A stretch of DNA of 51,659 bases, taken from Candidatus Thorarchaeota archaeon. GTDB taxonomy: Archaea; Asgardarchaeota; Thorarchaeia; Thorarchaeales; Thorarchaeaceae. The notes under the pieces were generated by a model, which saw only the letters and a program-made list of their open reading frames with translations, did no database searches and was not told the DNA's origin. The stretch is from NCBI GenBank assembly GCA_011364905.1, contig RDNZ01000015.1, positions 1 through 51,659 of the forward strand, read 5' to 3'. This document shows, piece by piece, positions 19,925 through 30,414 of the stretch; the first letter of the stretch is position 1, and each line of letters starts with the position of its first letter. The translations under genes and the position numbers were made by a program.

Positions 19925-21220
19925 TCAGGTAATATCGATTGCTCGCTCTGGTTCCTCTTCAAAGGTCAATTCGGCTTCTTGGAGAAGTTGCTGTTGTTTT
20001 TCCGTGTTCCGGAAGAATCCGAAGAAGACTGTGATCCCAACTATATAGAGTCCAGAAACTAGAAGATAGGGGACACGATAGAGGCCAAGTGCAAGCAACC
20101 ACCCTCCGATGTTGGAAGCGATTGCTCTAACAAGTGAGTCGGCTGATCGCACGACACCTACTGCAGTGGCTCGTTCCTCCTTCGTTAAACCCTCCATGAA
20201 GAAGGCATTTGATACTGGTCCAGCCATGTTCATTAGTACGTTTCTAGCGATATAGCCCAAGACTGCCAATTGCAGAGTGTTAGCAAAGGATAATGTGATT
20301 AAAAACGGGATGGAAAGCGCTTCAGTTAGGACAACTGTACGGACTTTTCCAATTCTATCAGACAAAGCGGGAGAGAGGAAGTTTCCAGCTGAGAGGATGA
20401 TTGTGTTGACACCGAAAATGACTCCCAGTAGTCCAGGGTCTACTGGAAATTCGTGGGTGAAAAAGAGGTTGAAGAACATCACAATCATTCCGGCGCCCAG
20501 ACCGATACTAGCAACTGTAGATGTATATTTGCCAATGAAATCCCAGTTCCGGACATTCTTGAAAGCTAAACTGGCAGCGACACCTGAAGGGGTATCAGTG
20601 GTCATTTGTGTTATGAGCAAGATGGCAACAGCGCTTGGAATGAGGCTGAGCCAGAGCGTGAATCGATAAGGAATTACGAGCGGGCCTGTCAGAGGAGTAC
20701 CAAACATCCTGGCGAATATTTCAGGCATATACCCACCAACCAGACTTCCAGCGAAAACTCCAAGAAGTGAGAAACCGCCTCCAACACCAAATAGATGAGC
20801 GCGTTCTCTATCCGTCGATATGTCAGTAACATAGGGGGACCATGCAACATCTCTGAAGGCACCCGAGAGGCCAACGAAGATTTGAGACAGTATTAGTCCT
20901 ATGGGATTGAGTGTCGTATACTGGATAACCATTACAATGAATCCAACGACATTTGCAACGAGAATGATCCTTTTCCTACTTGATCTGTCAGTAAAGAGTC
21001 CCGCAACAAATGCGATGCCAGCTGAGGCAAACAGAGAAACAGAGAGAAAGAATCCTATGAAGTCCTCAGGAAAACCTGCATCTCTTAGATAGAGGTTGAA
21101 GATGACACCGCTTATGCCCCAAGAGAATGCGCTCATGAACGCTGTTGAAATGTATATCTTAGCGTCCCTTCCAAAGAGTTGAAGCTTGCCAATGTAACTC
21201 AGCTTCTCCTCTTCGTTCAT
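19925..21220 (-). CDS. MFS transporter
   Basis: About 12 TM helices; loop motifs FTDRSSRK and LSDRIGKV. Confidence 0.9.
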   Translation of the reverse strand: MNEEEKLSYIGKLQLFGRDAKIYISTAFMSAFSWGISGVIFNLYLRDAGFPEDFIGFFLSVSLFASAGIAFVAGLFTDRSSRKRIILVANVVGFIVMVIQYTTLNPIGLILSQIFVGLSGAFRDVAWSPYVTDISTDRERAHLFGVGGGFSLLGVFAGSLVGGYMPEIFARMFGTPLTGPLVIPYRFTLWLSLIPSAVAILLITQMTTDTPSGVAASLAFKNVRNWDFIGKYTSTVASIGLGAGMIVMFFNLFFTHEFPVDPGLLGVIFGVNTIILSAGNFLSPALSDRIGKVRTVVLTEALSIPFLITLSFANTLQLAVLGYIARNVLMNMAGPVSNAFFMEGLTKEERATAVGVVRSADSLVRAIASNIGGWLLALGLYRVPYLLVSGLYIVGITVFFGFFRNTEKQQQLLQEAELTFEEEPERAIDIT

Positions 21221-21337
21221 TTTGAGGTGCTCCAGAATGGATAATCAGAACCGGGGATACAATATGTCCGCCCTTTATGCATTGTCCATTGAGCACAAAC
21301 AGTAAGACTAAATCGGGGTATTGAGGAATCCTAAAGT

Positions 21338-22375
21338 ATGAAGACTATTGACTTGCGAAGTGACACCATCACCCTGCCAACTGACGAGATGATTGAGGCA
21401 ATAGTTAATGCACACAAGGCAGGAAGACTCGGTGATGATGTCATCGGAGAAGACGAAGTTGTGAATGAGTTGCAAGAAAAAGCTGCGAAGATACTCGGAA
21501 AGGAGGCAGCGCTCCTTGTTACTTCTGGCACACAAGGCAACCTTGTTTCACTCCTAGCCCAAACAAGAAGAGGCGATGAAGTAGTCGTCGAAGAGCAGTC
21601 CCACACCTTTATGTTTGAGGGCGGAGCAATGGCGTCTTTAGGAGGTCTCTTCCCGAAACCTGTACACGGCGAGAGAGGCTACATACTTCCCGAAACGCTT
21701 GAGTCGGCGATTAGTCCCGATAATCCTCATTATGCAAGGACAAGTCTGGTTGTTTGCGAAAACACTCACAATTACGCAGGCGGGACAATCACTCGTCCCG
21801 AACAAGTAGATGCGCTTGCAGCCGTCGCACACGACCATGGACTCAAGATACACTGTGATGGGGCTAGGTTGTTCAACGCCGCTGTGGCTTTGGACGTTCC
21901 AGCAAAGAGACTGGTTGACAATGCGGACTCTGTTCAAATCTGCCTCAGTAAGGGGCTCTCTGCGCCCGTCGGGTCAGTAATAGCTGGAACAGAGGAGTTC
22001 ATCCACGAGGCTCATCGGACACGAAAGAAAGTGGGCGGAGGAATGCGTCAAGCAGGCATTATTGCGGCACCTGGAATCATAGCCCTCGAAAAAATGGTTG
22101 ACAGATTGAAGGAGGATCACGAGAACGCGAAACTGCTGTATGAAAGAGTCAAAGGTATACCTAATCTTGTCATTGATGAACCAGAAACAAACATTCTGTT
22201 TCTTGGTCTCCAGAACCTCTCGATCAGTCAGATGAAACTCTCAGAGGAATTGGCGAAAGAGAATATCAAAGTCTACGGTGGTTATGGAGTCAGGACTAGG
22301 ATGGTCATGAACAGAATGGTTTCTCGTGACGACGTAGACAGAGTAGCTGTAGCTCTTGAACGGTTGCTAAAGTAG
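21338..22375 (+). CDS. ltaE: Low-specificity L-threonine aldolase
   Basis: IDLRSDT, SGTQGN, ENTHN, HCDGARLFNA, CLSKGLSAPVGS, GGGMRQAG. Confidence 0.95.
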   Translation: MKTIDLRSDTITLPTDEMIEAIVNAHKAGRLGDDVIGEDEVVNELQEKAAKILGKEAALLVTSGTQGNLVSLLAQTRRGDEVVVEEQSHTFMFEGGAMASLGGLFPKPVHGERGYILPETLESAISPDNPHYARTSLVVCENTHNYAGGTITRPEQVDALAAVAHDHGLKIHCDGARLFNAAVALDVPAKRLVDNADSVQICLSKGLSAPVGSVIAGTEEFIHEAHRTRKKVGGGMRQAGIIAAPGIIALEKMVDRLKEDHENAKLLYERVKGIPNLVIDEPETNILFLGLQNLSISQMKLSEELAKENIKVYGGYGVRTRMVMNRMVSRDDVDRVAVALERLLK

Positions 22376-22384
22376 ACATGTCAC

Positions 22385-22663
22385 CTATAATCTCTTCTTT
22401 GCATCCTCAATCATTTCTGTGATATAGTTACTCCATGTTGGTTCAAGCTGACGAGCTTTTTCAGCGCACCCAATGCATTCCCCATACTTTTCCATTCGAA
22501 AGAGTAGCCGGCTCTTGTAGAAGTAAGCATGAGCATATGTATCACTAATCTCAATTGCCGTATCATAAGCTCTCAGTGCATCTTCAAGCTCACCATTAGC
22601 CTCATGACCCCGCGCCTTCTTGAAATACTCGTAGCGTGTCGTAGGTTTCTGCGTTGACACCAT
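22385..22663 (-). CDS. Small TPR protein
   Basis: Two TPR units (ALRAYDTAIEI...AYFYKSRL). Confidence 0.8.
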   Translation of the reverse strand: MVSTQKPTTRYEYFKKARGHEANGELEDALRAYDTAIEISDTYAHAYFYKSRLLFRMEKYGECIGCAEKARQLEPTWSNYITEMIEDAKKRL

Positions 22664-22741
22664 CTACGCACCTCCTTTGTGCGATACTACTAGGATAATA
22701 ATCAGATAAGGTTTTCATGTTTCAGCTGTTGATTTGAATAG

Positions 22742-23149
22742 TCATTTTGGCTCTTGAGTAAGCTCAATAAGAACCCCTCCAGACGCCTTAGGATGAACAA
22801 AAGCCACAAGCTGGTTGTGAGACCCGATCCTAGGCTCATTATCAATTAAACGCATTCCAGCTTCATGAAACCGAGCAAGTGCTTCCTTAATGTCATTCAC
22901 TTTGATTGCGATATGATGGATTCCCCCACCTCTTGCTTTCAAGAAGTTCGAAATCGGACTATCCTCTGACGTTGGCTCAAGTAGCTCGATTTGACTCTCC
23001 CCAATCTTGAGAAAAGCTACGCGAACCTTCTGCGTTTTCACTTCTTCAGAACGAGATAGTTGGAGTCCTAAAACATCCCTGTAAAAACCAAGCCAGTTCT
23101 CAATACTCTCTACAGCAATTCCAATGTGATCGATCTTTTCTATTAACAT
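22742..23149 (-). CDS. mce: Methylmalonyl-CoA epimerase
   Basis: IDHIGIAV, IELLEP, GGGIHHIA, FVHPKASGGVLIEL; operonic with the mutase. Confidence 0.95.
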   Translation of the reverse strand: MLIEKIDHIGIAVESIENWLGFYRDVLGLQLSRSEEVKTQKVRVAFLKIGESQIELLEPTSEDSPISNFLKARGGGIHHIAIKVNDIKEALARFHEAGMRLIDNEPRIGSHNQLVAFVHPKASGGVLIELTQEPK

Positions 23150-23164
23150 GACATGTCGCTCCTC

Positions 23165-24844
23165 TCAAAGTATGTCAGGTGCTTTGTACTCTCCAAAGAC
23201 ATCTCGTAGTATCCCGCATATCTCACCCAATGTGGCATAGACCTTCACTGCGTCGATGATTGGAGGCATGAGGTTCTCATCGCTTTTGGCAACAGTATGC
23301 AAGTGGTCTAGTGTCTTCTTGACTTTTTCCTCATCGCGGGCCAAACGAACTTTCTTCAATTCTTTCACCTGTTCTTTCTCTGCCTTCGGATTGACGCGGA
23401 GATAGTCGAATTTTGACTCCTCTTCTACTGTGAACTTGTTTACTCCTACGACGACCCTCCTAGATTCATCCACACTCTTTTGAAACTGATAGGCGGCCTC
23501 ACTTATTTCTCGTTGAATGAATCCATTCTCAATGGAGGTCGGAGCCCCGCCCATGGCATCAATTTTCTCGATGTATGCCACTGCACTTTCCTCAATCTTA
23601 TTCGTGAGAGCTTCGATGTAATAGGACCCGGCAAGCGGATCAATAGTATCTCCCACACCAGACTCATGTGCAATGATTTGCTGTGTTCGTAATGCAATCT
23701 GGACAGATTGCTCAGTTGGCAGAGAGAGCGCTTCGTCACGAGAGTTTGTATGAAGTGACTGAGTTCCTCCTAGGACTGCTTGTAGAGCTTGAAGGGTCAC
23801 TCGTACGACATTATTGTCTGGCTGTTGTGCAGTCAGTGTGCAGCCAGCGGTCTGCGTATGAAATCTCATCCGGCAGGAGTCGTCGTTCTTTGCCTTGAAT
23901 CGTTCACGCATTATTCTTGCCCAGAGCCTGCGAGCGGCTCTGAACTTGCATATTTCCTCAAGAAAATCACTATGGGAACCGAAAAAGAATGAGAGACGTG
24001 AGGCAAAGTCATCAACATCTAACCCAGCATCTATCGCGGCTTGGACATATGCAATCCCATCAGCAAGTGTGAATGCAACCTCTTGGACTGCTGTTGAACC
24101 AGCCTCGCGGATGTGATAGCCTGAGATAGATATCGTATTCCAGAGAGGCATTTTCTCACTGCAGAATTTGAAGATGTCAGTGATTAGCCTCATCGAAGGC
24201 TTGGGCGGGAAGATGTACGTCCCACGAGCCACATACTCCTTCAGAATGTCATTTTGGATAGTCCCTCTGAGCCGGTCCATCGAAACCCCCTGTTTCACAG
24301 CCACTGCAATGTACATTGCTAACAGGACTGATGCGGGTGCGTTGATGGTCATTGAAGTACTCACCTTATCCAAAGGTATCCCTTCAAACAGCACCTCCAT
24401 GTCGGATAGAGAGTCGATGGCTACTCCAACCTTTCCAACCTCGCCTTGAGCCAACACGTCGTCGGAGTCGTAGCCTATCTGAGTGGGAAGGTCAAACGCA
24501 ATTGAAAGACCCGTTTGTCCCTGCTCCAGGAGGAAATGGAAGCGTTCATTGGTTTCGCGTGCAGTGGCAAACCCACTGTACTGCCGCATGGTCCAGAAAC
24601 GACCTCGATATCCAGTAGGTTGGACACCTCGGGTGAATGGATACTGTCCTGGGAAACCCAAATCCTTCTCGTAGTCCAGCTCCTCCAAGTCTAGTGGTGT
24701 GTAAAGACGATTGACTGGTAGACCAGAGATGGTTTCGAACTTCTTTTCACGTTCGGGAAATCGTTTGACCGTTGTAGCAACAGCCTCATCTTCCCACTTA
24801 TTCACCAATCCACGGAGTTTTGAGCTATCTTTCAACGCACTCAC
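23165..24844 (-). CDS. Methylmalonyl-CoA mutase, substrate-binding (large) subunit
   Basis: [50 protein letters not shown]. Confidence 0.95.
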   Translation of the reverse strand: MSALKDSSKLRGLVNKWEDEAVATTVKRFPEREKKFETISGLPVNRLYTPLDLEELDYEKDLGFPGQYPFTRGVQPTGYRGRFWTMRQYSGFATARETNERFHFLLEQGQTGLSIAFDLPTQIGYDSDDVLAQGEVGKVGVAIDSLSDMEVLFEGIPLDKVSTSMTINAPASVLLAMYIAVAVKQGVSMDRLRGTIQNDILKEYVARGTYIFPPKPSMRLITDIFKFCSEKMPLWNTISISGYHIREAGSTAVQEVAFTLADGIAYVQAAIDAGLDVDDFASRLSFFFGSHSDFLEEICKFRAARRLWARIMRERFKAKNDDSCRMRFHTQTAGCTLTAQQPDNNVVRVTLQALQAVLGGTQSLHTNSRDEALSLPTEQSVQIALRTQQIIAHESGVGDTIDPLAGSYYIEALTNKIEESAVAYIEKIDAMGGAPTSIENGFIQREISEAAYQFQKSVDESRRVVVGVNKFTVEEESKFDYLRVNPKAEKEQVKELKKVRLARDEEKVKKTLDHLHTVAKSDENLMPPIIDAVKVYATLGEICGILRDVFGEYKAPDIL

Positions 24845-25821
24845 CTACTCTCACTAAACAAGAACTCTGCTATCAAGCGTTCAGCCACAGTGTAAGGATC
24901 CTCTTTTCGGGCGGCAATCTTCTTGATTGCAGCCTCATACTCCGGTCGTCCCTCCAACTTCTGGTATAGCTCTCGAGTGAGCTTATATCGCATTAAATCA
25001 TGTAGTTCGTCTCGGCTTCTCTGCAATCCTTTCTGCTCAAGTAGTCCACTCTCCTTCAAGAACTGCAGATGTGCTTGTATCTTCTCAATGACCTCAAGCA
25101 CGCCTTCGCCGGTTCTGCCGTTGGTAAGAAGAACGGGAGGACGCCAAGCTCTTTCAATAGGGTCGATGTCCAACATGGCATTGATCTCTGTGACCTTCCT
25201 ATCTGCCCCGGGAAGGTCCTTCTTATTCACAACAAAGATGTCTGCGATTTCCATGATGCCAGCTTTGATTGCTTGGATATCATCTCCGCTGCCTGGTACA
25301 TCTGTGACAATGATGGTTTGAGCGATTTCAATAATCTCAACCTCAGCTTGTCCAGCACCAACAGTTTCAACGAAAATGATGTCTTTTCCAAATGCATCGA
25401 TTGCTCGAACAGCATCAGAAGTTGCTCTTGCCAGACCTCCCAGATGCCCACGAGTTCCCATACTTCGTACATAGACATCCTTGTCAAGAGTATGCTCCTG
25501 CATTCGGATTCTATCACCCAGGAGTGCACCGCCCGTGAATGGGCTGGATGGATCAACACACACAACTCCGATGGTCTTATTGCGCTTTCGTAGCTCTGCA
25601 GTGAGTTTTGTGACAAGTGAGCTTTTCCCAGACCCCGGTGGTCCTGTAATGCCAATAACGTGAGCCTTGCCGGTGTTTTTGTAGAGGCGGCTGAGAACTT
25701 CAGCAGCTTCAGGATCCTCATTCTCAATGAGCGAGATGAGCCGAGCTAGTTCTCTGCGCTTACCACTCAGGACACCATTAACAAGTTCGCTCACTGACAA
25801 GGATAGTTCCCCATGATGCAA
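24841..25821 (-). CDS. meaB: Methylmalonyl-CoA mutase-associated GTPase MeaB/ArgK
   Basis: [47 protein letters not shown]; start may be TTG at 25800. Confidence 0.95.
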   Translation of the reverse strand: MHHGELSLSVSELVNGVLSGKRRELARLISLIENEDPEAAEVLSRLYKNTGKAHVIGITGPPGSGKSSLVTKLTAELRKRNKTIGVVCVDPSSPFTGGALLGDRIRMQEHTLDKDVYVRSMGTRGHLGGLARATSDAVRAIDAFGKDIIFVETVGAGQAEVEIIEIAQTIIVTDVPGSGDDIQAIKAGIMEIADIFVVNKKDLPGADRKVTEINAMLDIDPIERAWRPPVLLTNGRTGEGVLEVIEKIQAHLQFLKESGLLEQKGLQRSRDELHDLMRYKLTRELYQKLEGRPEYEAAIKKIAARKEDPYTVAERLIAEFLFSESR

Positions 25822-25824
25822 GAA

Positions 25825-26226
25825 TCAAAGCTTGACGTTTGCCTTGATATACTCGATTATTTCATCTAGAGGAGTTCCGGGACCGAATATCGCTGCGATA
25901 CCAGCCTTCTTCAGCTCAGGAATGTCATCCTCAGGGATTATTCCACCGCCGACGACTAAAACGTCGTCAATGCCTTCCTCCTTCAAGAGTTCCATAACTC
26001 TTGGAAACAGCGCATTATGAGCGCCGCTCAAGATACTCAGTCCGATGCAATGCACACCCTCATCTAGGGCCGCTCTGACAATCATCTCAGGAGTCTGGCG
26101 AAGGCCAGTATAGATTACTTCCATCCCTGCATCTCGAAGTGCGCGGGCAACTATTTTTGCGCCTCTATCGTGCCCATCAAGACCAGGTTTTGCAACAAGT
26201 ACACGAATCTTCTTGGATGAACTCAA
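25825..26226 (-). CDS. Methylmalonyl-CoA mutase cobalamin-binding (small) subunit
   Basis: [10 protein letters not shown] (DxHxxG), [20 protein letters not shown]. Confidence 0.95.
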   Translation of the reverse strand: MSSSKKIRVLVAKPGLDGHDRGAKIVARALRDAGMEVIYTGLRQTPEMIVRAALDEGVHCIGLSILSGAHNALFPRVMELLKEEGIDDVLVVGGGIIPEDDIPELKKAGIAAIFGPGTPLDEIIEYIKANVKL

Positions 26227-26299
26227 AGACCCACCTCAGGCTGATGATTCGTCTGGTGAAAACCAAGGCACTGATATAAACTCGTTGTTTCGGCGTTTG

Positions 26300-27304
26300 T
26301 TAGTCTTCCATGATGTGAACAACGTTTTCACGGCCGTCCTTGAATCTTCGTACGAGACCTCGTTCTTCCAGATTATTGAGTATGAGACTGACCTTGGCCT
26401 GTGACATATTGAATTCAGTGTATAGATCTTTTTGAGGGCATGATCCACCTTTACGCCTAATCACATCTAGAACCTCCTCTTCTTCGGATGTGACACCGAC
26501 GAACTTCACGGATCCGATTCGTTTGATCCGGTGATAGATGCGGGGACCACCAAGGGTTATCGCACTTCCTCCAATCAAGCCAAGAATTGCGATACCGATA
26601 GCCTCGAGAAGAAAAGAGCCGATGAAGACTGAGCTAGAATTGAGATACTGAAACTTAACTATGAAAGCTCGCTCCTGCCCTGCTTGGATTGAGTCATAGA
26701 ACCAGATAAATGCCATGGATGCTCCATCTGTATAGTTTGAGTCAGCAGCCGGAAACAAGGGAACAACCGATTCTCGAGACAAGACTGCATCTTGAGGAAG
26801 AACCGCAGTGAAGGTGAAGTTTGCATACTCACTCATTGGCCGTACGTATAAATTGAAGTCTACATAGGATACAGATGGGTCCAGAAGAGTATGTGGTTCC
26901 GTCTGAAAGTCAGATGCTTTCAGTGTGAGCTCCACCCATGCAGACTCATTCTCTTCAAGTGGAGAAGGAAGAGAAACGACCACTTCGGTATATCTGCTCT
27001 GAAGAATAGATGTTGCTGATGTTAATTCTGAATCGACCAAAGAATCGAGGATGGCGACATTAAGGGAATCTATTCGGAATGAAACATTCGTTACACTTGT
27101 AGAGCCCTGATTAATTGCTCTTGCCCTAAGATTGAGAGTTGTGGTCCCATCCAGCAACATGGTTGCCTTAATCTCTATGGGATCAAGTAGGACATCCTCC
27201 ATCTGAGCTAGTTGCGTATCACCTTGGACCGATAAGAACAGCATAGAGGTGAGAACTAGTGCAGCCATTGCTAATACTAATCGTCGCACTGTTAGACACC
27301 ACAT
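26300..27304 (-). CDS. Membrane-spanning one-component regulator (extracellular beta domain, TM, cytoplasmic wHTH; COG2512-like)
   Basis: Signal peptide, beta-rich ectodomain, TM, then QKDLYTEFNMSQAKVSLILNNLEERGLVRRFKDGREN. Confidence 0.8.
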   Translation of the reverse strand: MWCLTVRRLVLAMAALVLTSMLFLSVQGDTQLAQMEDVLLDPIEIKATMLLDGTTTLNLRARAINQGSTSVTNVSFRIDSLNVAILDSLVDSELTSATSILQSRYTEVVVSLPSPLEENESAWVELTLKASDFQTEPHTLLDPSVSYVDFNLYVRPMSEYANFTFTAVLPQDAVLSRESVVPLFPAADSNYTDGASMAFIWFYDSIQAGQERAFIVKFQYLNSSSVFIGSFLLEAIGIAILGLIGGSAITLGGPRIYHRIKRIGSVKFVGVTSEEEEVLDVIRRKGGSCPQKDLYTEFNMSQAKVSLILNNLEERGLVRRFKDGRENVVHIMED

Positions 27305-27383
27305 TCTCCTGAAATCATGACTTCATTAATTATTGATTCAAATTCTAATGTGTTCATAAGACTTCTCGTGAGGGAATAAAGGT

Positions 27384-27408
27384 GGGTAGTGGCTGGTGAC
27401 CACTACCC
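27384..27408 (-). terminator. Hairpin downstream of the 27426-28601 gene
   Basis: GGGTAGTGG/CCACTACCC perfect 9-bp stem shortly after the stop codon. Confidence 0.55.
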
Positions 27409-27425
27409 TAGTGTTTGCGAGAGAG

Positions 27426-28601
27426 CTATTTTTTCCGGACCAACACGACGAGTATTGCGAGGAGCGCAACTACACCGATGCCGGCAACCACCACGTAGTT
27501 GATTGGGATTCCGATTGAGGGTGCTGCTTCTGGATACAGACCTATTGAGGGATCGTGCAGGATACTCCCATCGTCAAAGTATGGATATGCCAAGTATACA
27601 GCGGTACCATCACCACTTGGCACGTAAGAAGCAGTGACATTGACAGCTTCAGTTTCACCACCTGGCCAAGTGATAACTGCCTTATCCAGCCAAGTGAAGT
27701 ATCCTTGTGCAACGTCAGTGGTGCTATCGACAAAGTCCATTCGCTGGCAAAGAGTACTGTTCCTTTGCTCAAAGCGAGTCTCGTTCCCGCCTGTGGTTGT
27801 CCAATTCATATCAGACTCAAGGGTAGTGTTGCGGAACCGCTCACGAGTCTCGATTCTATGCTGGTGCATATTCTGCATACCAGTCGCCTCGTTCTCGTTA
27901 AGCTTGACTCGAAGGGCAACACTTGAGTTCTCGCTGCTGAATGGGAAGTTTGCGATCTCGATGTCCGTCTTCAATTCAGACTTGCCCGCCACTGTGTAGT
28001 TGAAGTGAACTCCATGATCATCAGTGACTTCTCCCGTGTAGTCATTAAGATAGATATGAGCCCAGATCTGAATCGTCACGTCTGCAAATCTCTCAACAGC
28101 GCCCATATCACCAAAGCCATCATGAGGGTCGTCCATCATCATGGAACTCTTCACGCCTGACTTTGTGTATTTCAGCCAAACCTCTTGTGTTACTCCATCT
28201 ACGACAACTTCACCAGTAGTAATAGTCCACTCATATGCGGAGAGAGGAGCGGAATAGAGAATTTCATCCATTTGGAACGCACTATCATTGTTCTGATCCT
28301 CAAACTCAATCAGATTAACATAATTTGATGAGAATCGGGCATTTGTTCCATTGTCGTCCGTTGTGAACCAAAAGTGGAAATCAGGCTGTTCAGGGCTTGC
28401 CATGACTGTGAGGATATCGGTATTGATCCAAACAGATCCATCCTGCATCCGTGTGTGATCAGGCATGCCTGGTACGGGTCTATCATTCGGGTGGCCCATA
28501 TCTCCACCCATTGCAGCTGCATTGCTGGCCATGGTTCCAATGAAGGTGACCATCAGAAATGCGGCAATTGTCAGTTTGCGAATATTGTTCAGTGTATTCA
28601 C
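27426..28601 (-). CDS. Exported cell-surface protein with Met/His-rich segments and C-terminal TM anchor
   Basis: Signal peptide, MGGDMGHP..MPDH, MMMDDPHDG, acidic loop EFEDQNNDS, N-x-S/T sites, TM plus RKK. Confidence 0.75.
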   Translation of the reverse strand: MNTLNNIRKLTIAAFLMVTFIGTMASNAAAMGGDMGHPNDRPVPGMPDHTRMQDGSVWINTDILTVMASPEQPDFHFWFTTDDNGTNARFSSNYVNLIEFEDQNNDSAFQMDEILYSAPLSAYEWTITTGEVVVDGVTQEVWLKYTKSGVKSSMMMDDPHDGFGDMGAVERFADVTIQIWAHIYLNDYTGEVTDDHGVHFNYTVAGKSELKTDIEIANFPFSSENSSVALRVKLNENEATGMQNMHQHRIETRERFRNTTLESDMNWTTTGGNETRFEQRNSTLCQRMDFVDSTTDVAQGYFTWLDKAVITWPGGETEAVNVTASYVPSGDGTAVYLAYPYFDDGSILHDPSIGLYPEAAPSIGIPINYVVVAGIGVVALLAILVVLVRKK

Positions 28602-28836
28602 CTAATCCGACCTGCAAAATTAGTATATATAATGACCACCTCGTGACAATGATATATGTCCAGAGGAATAAAGCCTATGCTTGCCCTTTTGTGATTTTAA
28701 ACCTTTATAAATCCTTTAAATGCTTGATGTGACACCGCAAGGATTGCATTGGCTCAATAACGGTTATGACTATTATCCTCCATGGTTATTAGGCTTCAAG
28801 TACGAGCGAATCTGAGAAAGTGGTGGAGATCAATAT

Positions 28837-29103
28837 ATGGCAGCAGACATTGATGAAAGAACACAGTACGATTGGTTCAGCGTAGCTCGAATCCATGAAA
28901 CGAAAGGCGAGTACGATGAAGCATTGAAGGCTTATGATGAATCAATAAAGATTGATGGCGACTACGCAAAAGCCTGGTTCTATAAGGCAAAGCTTCACTA
29001 CAGACTGAACCAGAAGAAAGAGGCGAGGGACTGCATCAAGAGAGTTCTGGAGTTGAAACCGGAATGGGAGAAATATGTGAAACGGGACCTTCCGAATCTT
29101 TGA
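28837..29103 (+). CDS. Small TPR protein (paralog of 22385-22663)
   Basis: ALKAYDESIKI...AWFYKAKL...LELKPEW. Confidence 0.8.
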   Translation: MAADIDERTQYDWFSVARIHETKGEYDEALKAYDESIKIDGDYAKAWFYKAKLHYRLNQKKEARDCIKRVLELKPEWEKYVKRDLPNL

Positions 29104-29104
29104 C

Positions 29105-29569
29105 TCATTTTAGAGCAGTTGATGAGTCAGGGTAGAGAAGAACATAGACAGCTTGATTCAGTGTGAGTATTTTCCTATCGACCCACTGCATGACCATGTC
29201 TACATTTTCTACTGATGAGATACGAGTGAGAGCCTCGATAGTAGCTGGTTTGCAATTAGATATTCCTAGAAGTTCCTCAATGGTCTGGACAAGAATCATT
29301 TGACGGACATCAGGAGCGGTCTGGGTCAACCAATAAAGCACATTGTCTCTTGCACCATCATCGATTTTCGAAGATTCACCCACTGTACGGAGAGTATTAC
29401 GGACTGCCTTTGCATCCTTGAGATCCGTGAGTTCATTTTGAATAATAGTGACGATTGCTTCGGTGTTCTCAGGGTCGTGGCTTAGCATATCAATTAGGTC
29501 AGAACGGGCTTTTGCCGGGCCACTAGCGTCTTTATCATCACTCAAAGTCCTTCCACTCCATTCTCTCAA
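29105..29569 (-). CDS. Hypothetical alpha-helical protein
   Basis: Open ORF with protein-like composition; start may be TTG at 29545. Confidence 0.6.
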   Translation of the reverse strand: MREWSGRTLSDDKDASGPAKARSDLIDMLSHDPENTEAIVTIIQNELTDLKDAKAVRNTLRTVGESSKIDDGARDNVLYWLTQTAPDVRQMILVQTIEELLGISNCKPATIEALTRISSVENVDMVMQWVDRKILTLNQAVYVLLYPDSSTALK

Positions 29570-29649
29570 TGGTGGTGTGCTAAGAGTGAATCCTTCTATT
29601 GGTTAATATGTTTGTTGCGTCGGTATTGTAACCTGCAAAAATGTGCTAT

Positions 29650-30393
29650 TCAAAGCAGCTCTCCAAATTCGGTGATGGTCTTCAGCACAAAATCAGGCGT
29701 TGTGGAAATCCCATATTTTGCCACCTGATCCTCAATAGAAATGGCACGATTGTTTATCCATACAGTAGTGATGCCTAGCAACTTAGCTCCAACCATGTCA
29801 GCATAGTACTCATCTCCAACATAGAGGGCTCTGGAAGCATCGGTGTTCAACTCCTGCAAGACTCTATCGAATGGCTCTCTCATTGGTTTGAAAGCGCTCA
29901 CATCGCCGCAGTCCACAATCGAAGAAAAGAAAGAACTCAGTTCTAGTTTGTTGAGAATTATCCTCGCATTTCCAGCAAATGAGTTAGAGAGGACTCCAAG
30001 CTTGATGTTTCGCGATTGCAAGGTTTTAAGGAATTCATACACACCATCATGACCTGTAGAGAGTTCGATGTGCAGCGTCTTGAAATGTTCAGCTGCTTCT
30101 TTGACAACTGTTGCATCAACATTGTGGTTGATATCAATCAGACTCTCCTTCATTGAAGTATAAACAATCTCAAAGGCTGACCGATAGGAAGCCCCATCAG
30201 CAATAGCTTGGATTGCCTTTCTATACCTGATGACAAGATGACGAACATATGAGGCGATTACATCTTCAGAGTCAATCCCCGTCCTCTTGAGCAACCACTC
30301 ACAGGCAACAATCGGATATTGGTGTGTGTCAGTTAAAGTGGAGTCTAAATCGAAAATGATAGCGTCAAACTGGTTAGGATTAAAACCGCTCAA
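29650..30393 (-). CDS. HAD-superfamily hydrolase
   Basis: IIFDLDSTL, LSN, FKP, YVGDEYYADMVGA. Confidence 0.92.
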   Translation of the reverse strand: MSGFNPNQFDAIIFDLDSTLTDTHQYPIVACEWLLKRTGIDSEDVIASYVRHLVIRYRKAIQAIADGASYRSAFEIVYTSMKESLIDINHNVDATVVKEAAEHFKTLHIELSTGHDGVYEFLKTLQSRNIKLGVLSNSFAGNARIILNKLELSSFFSSIVDCGDVSAFKPMREPFDRVLQELNTDASRALYVGDEYYADMVGAKLLGITTVWINNRAISIEDQVAKYGISTTPDFVLKTITEFGELL

Positions 30394-30414
30394 GACGGGT
30401 AAGTCTCCGTAGAA

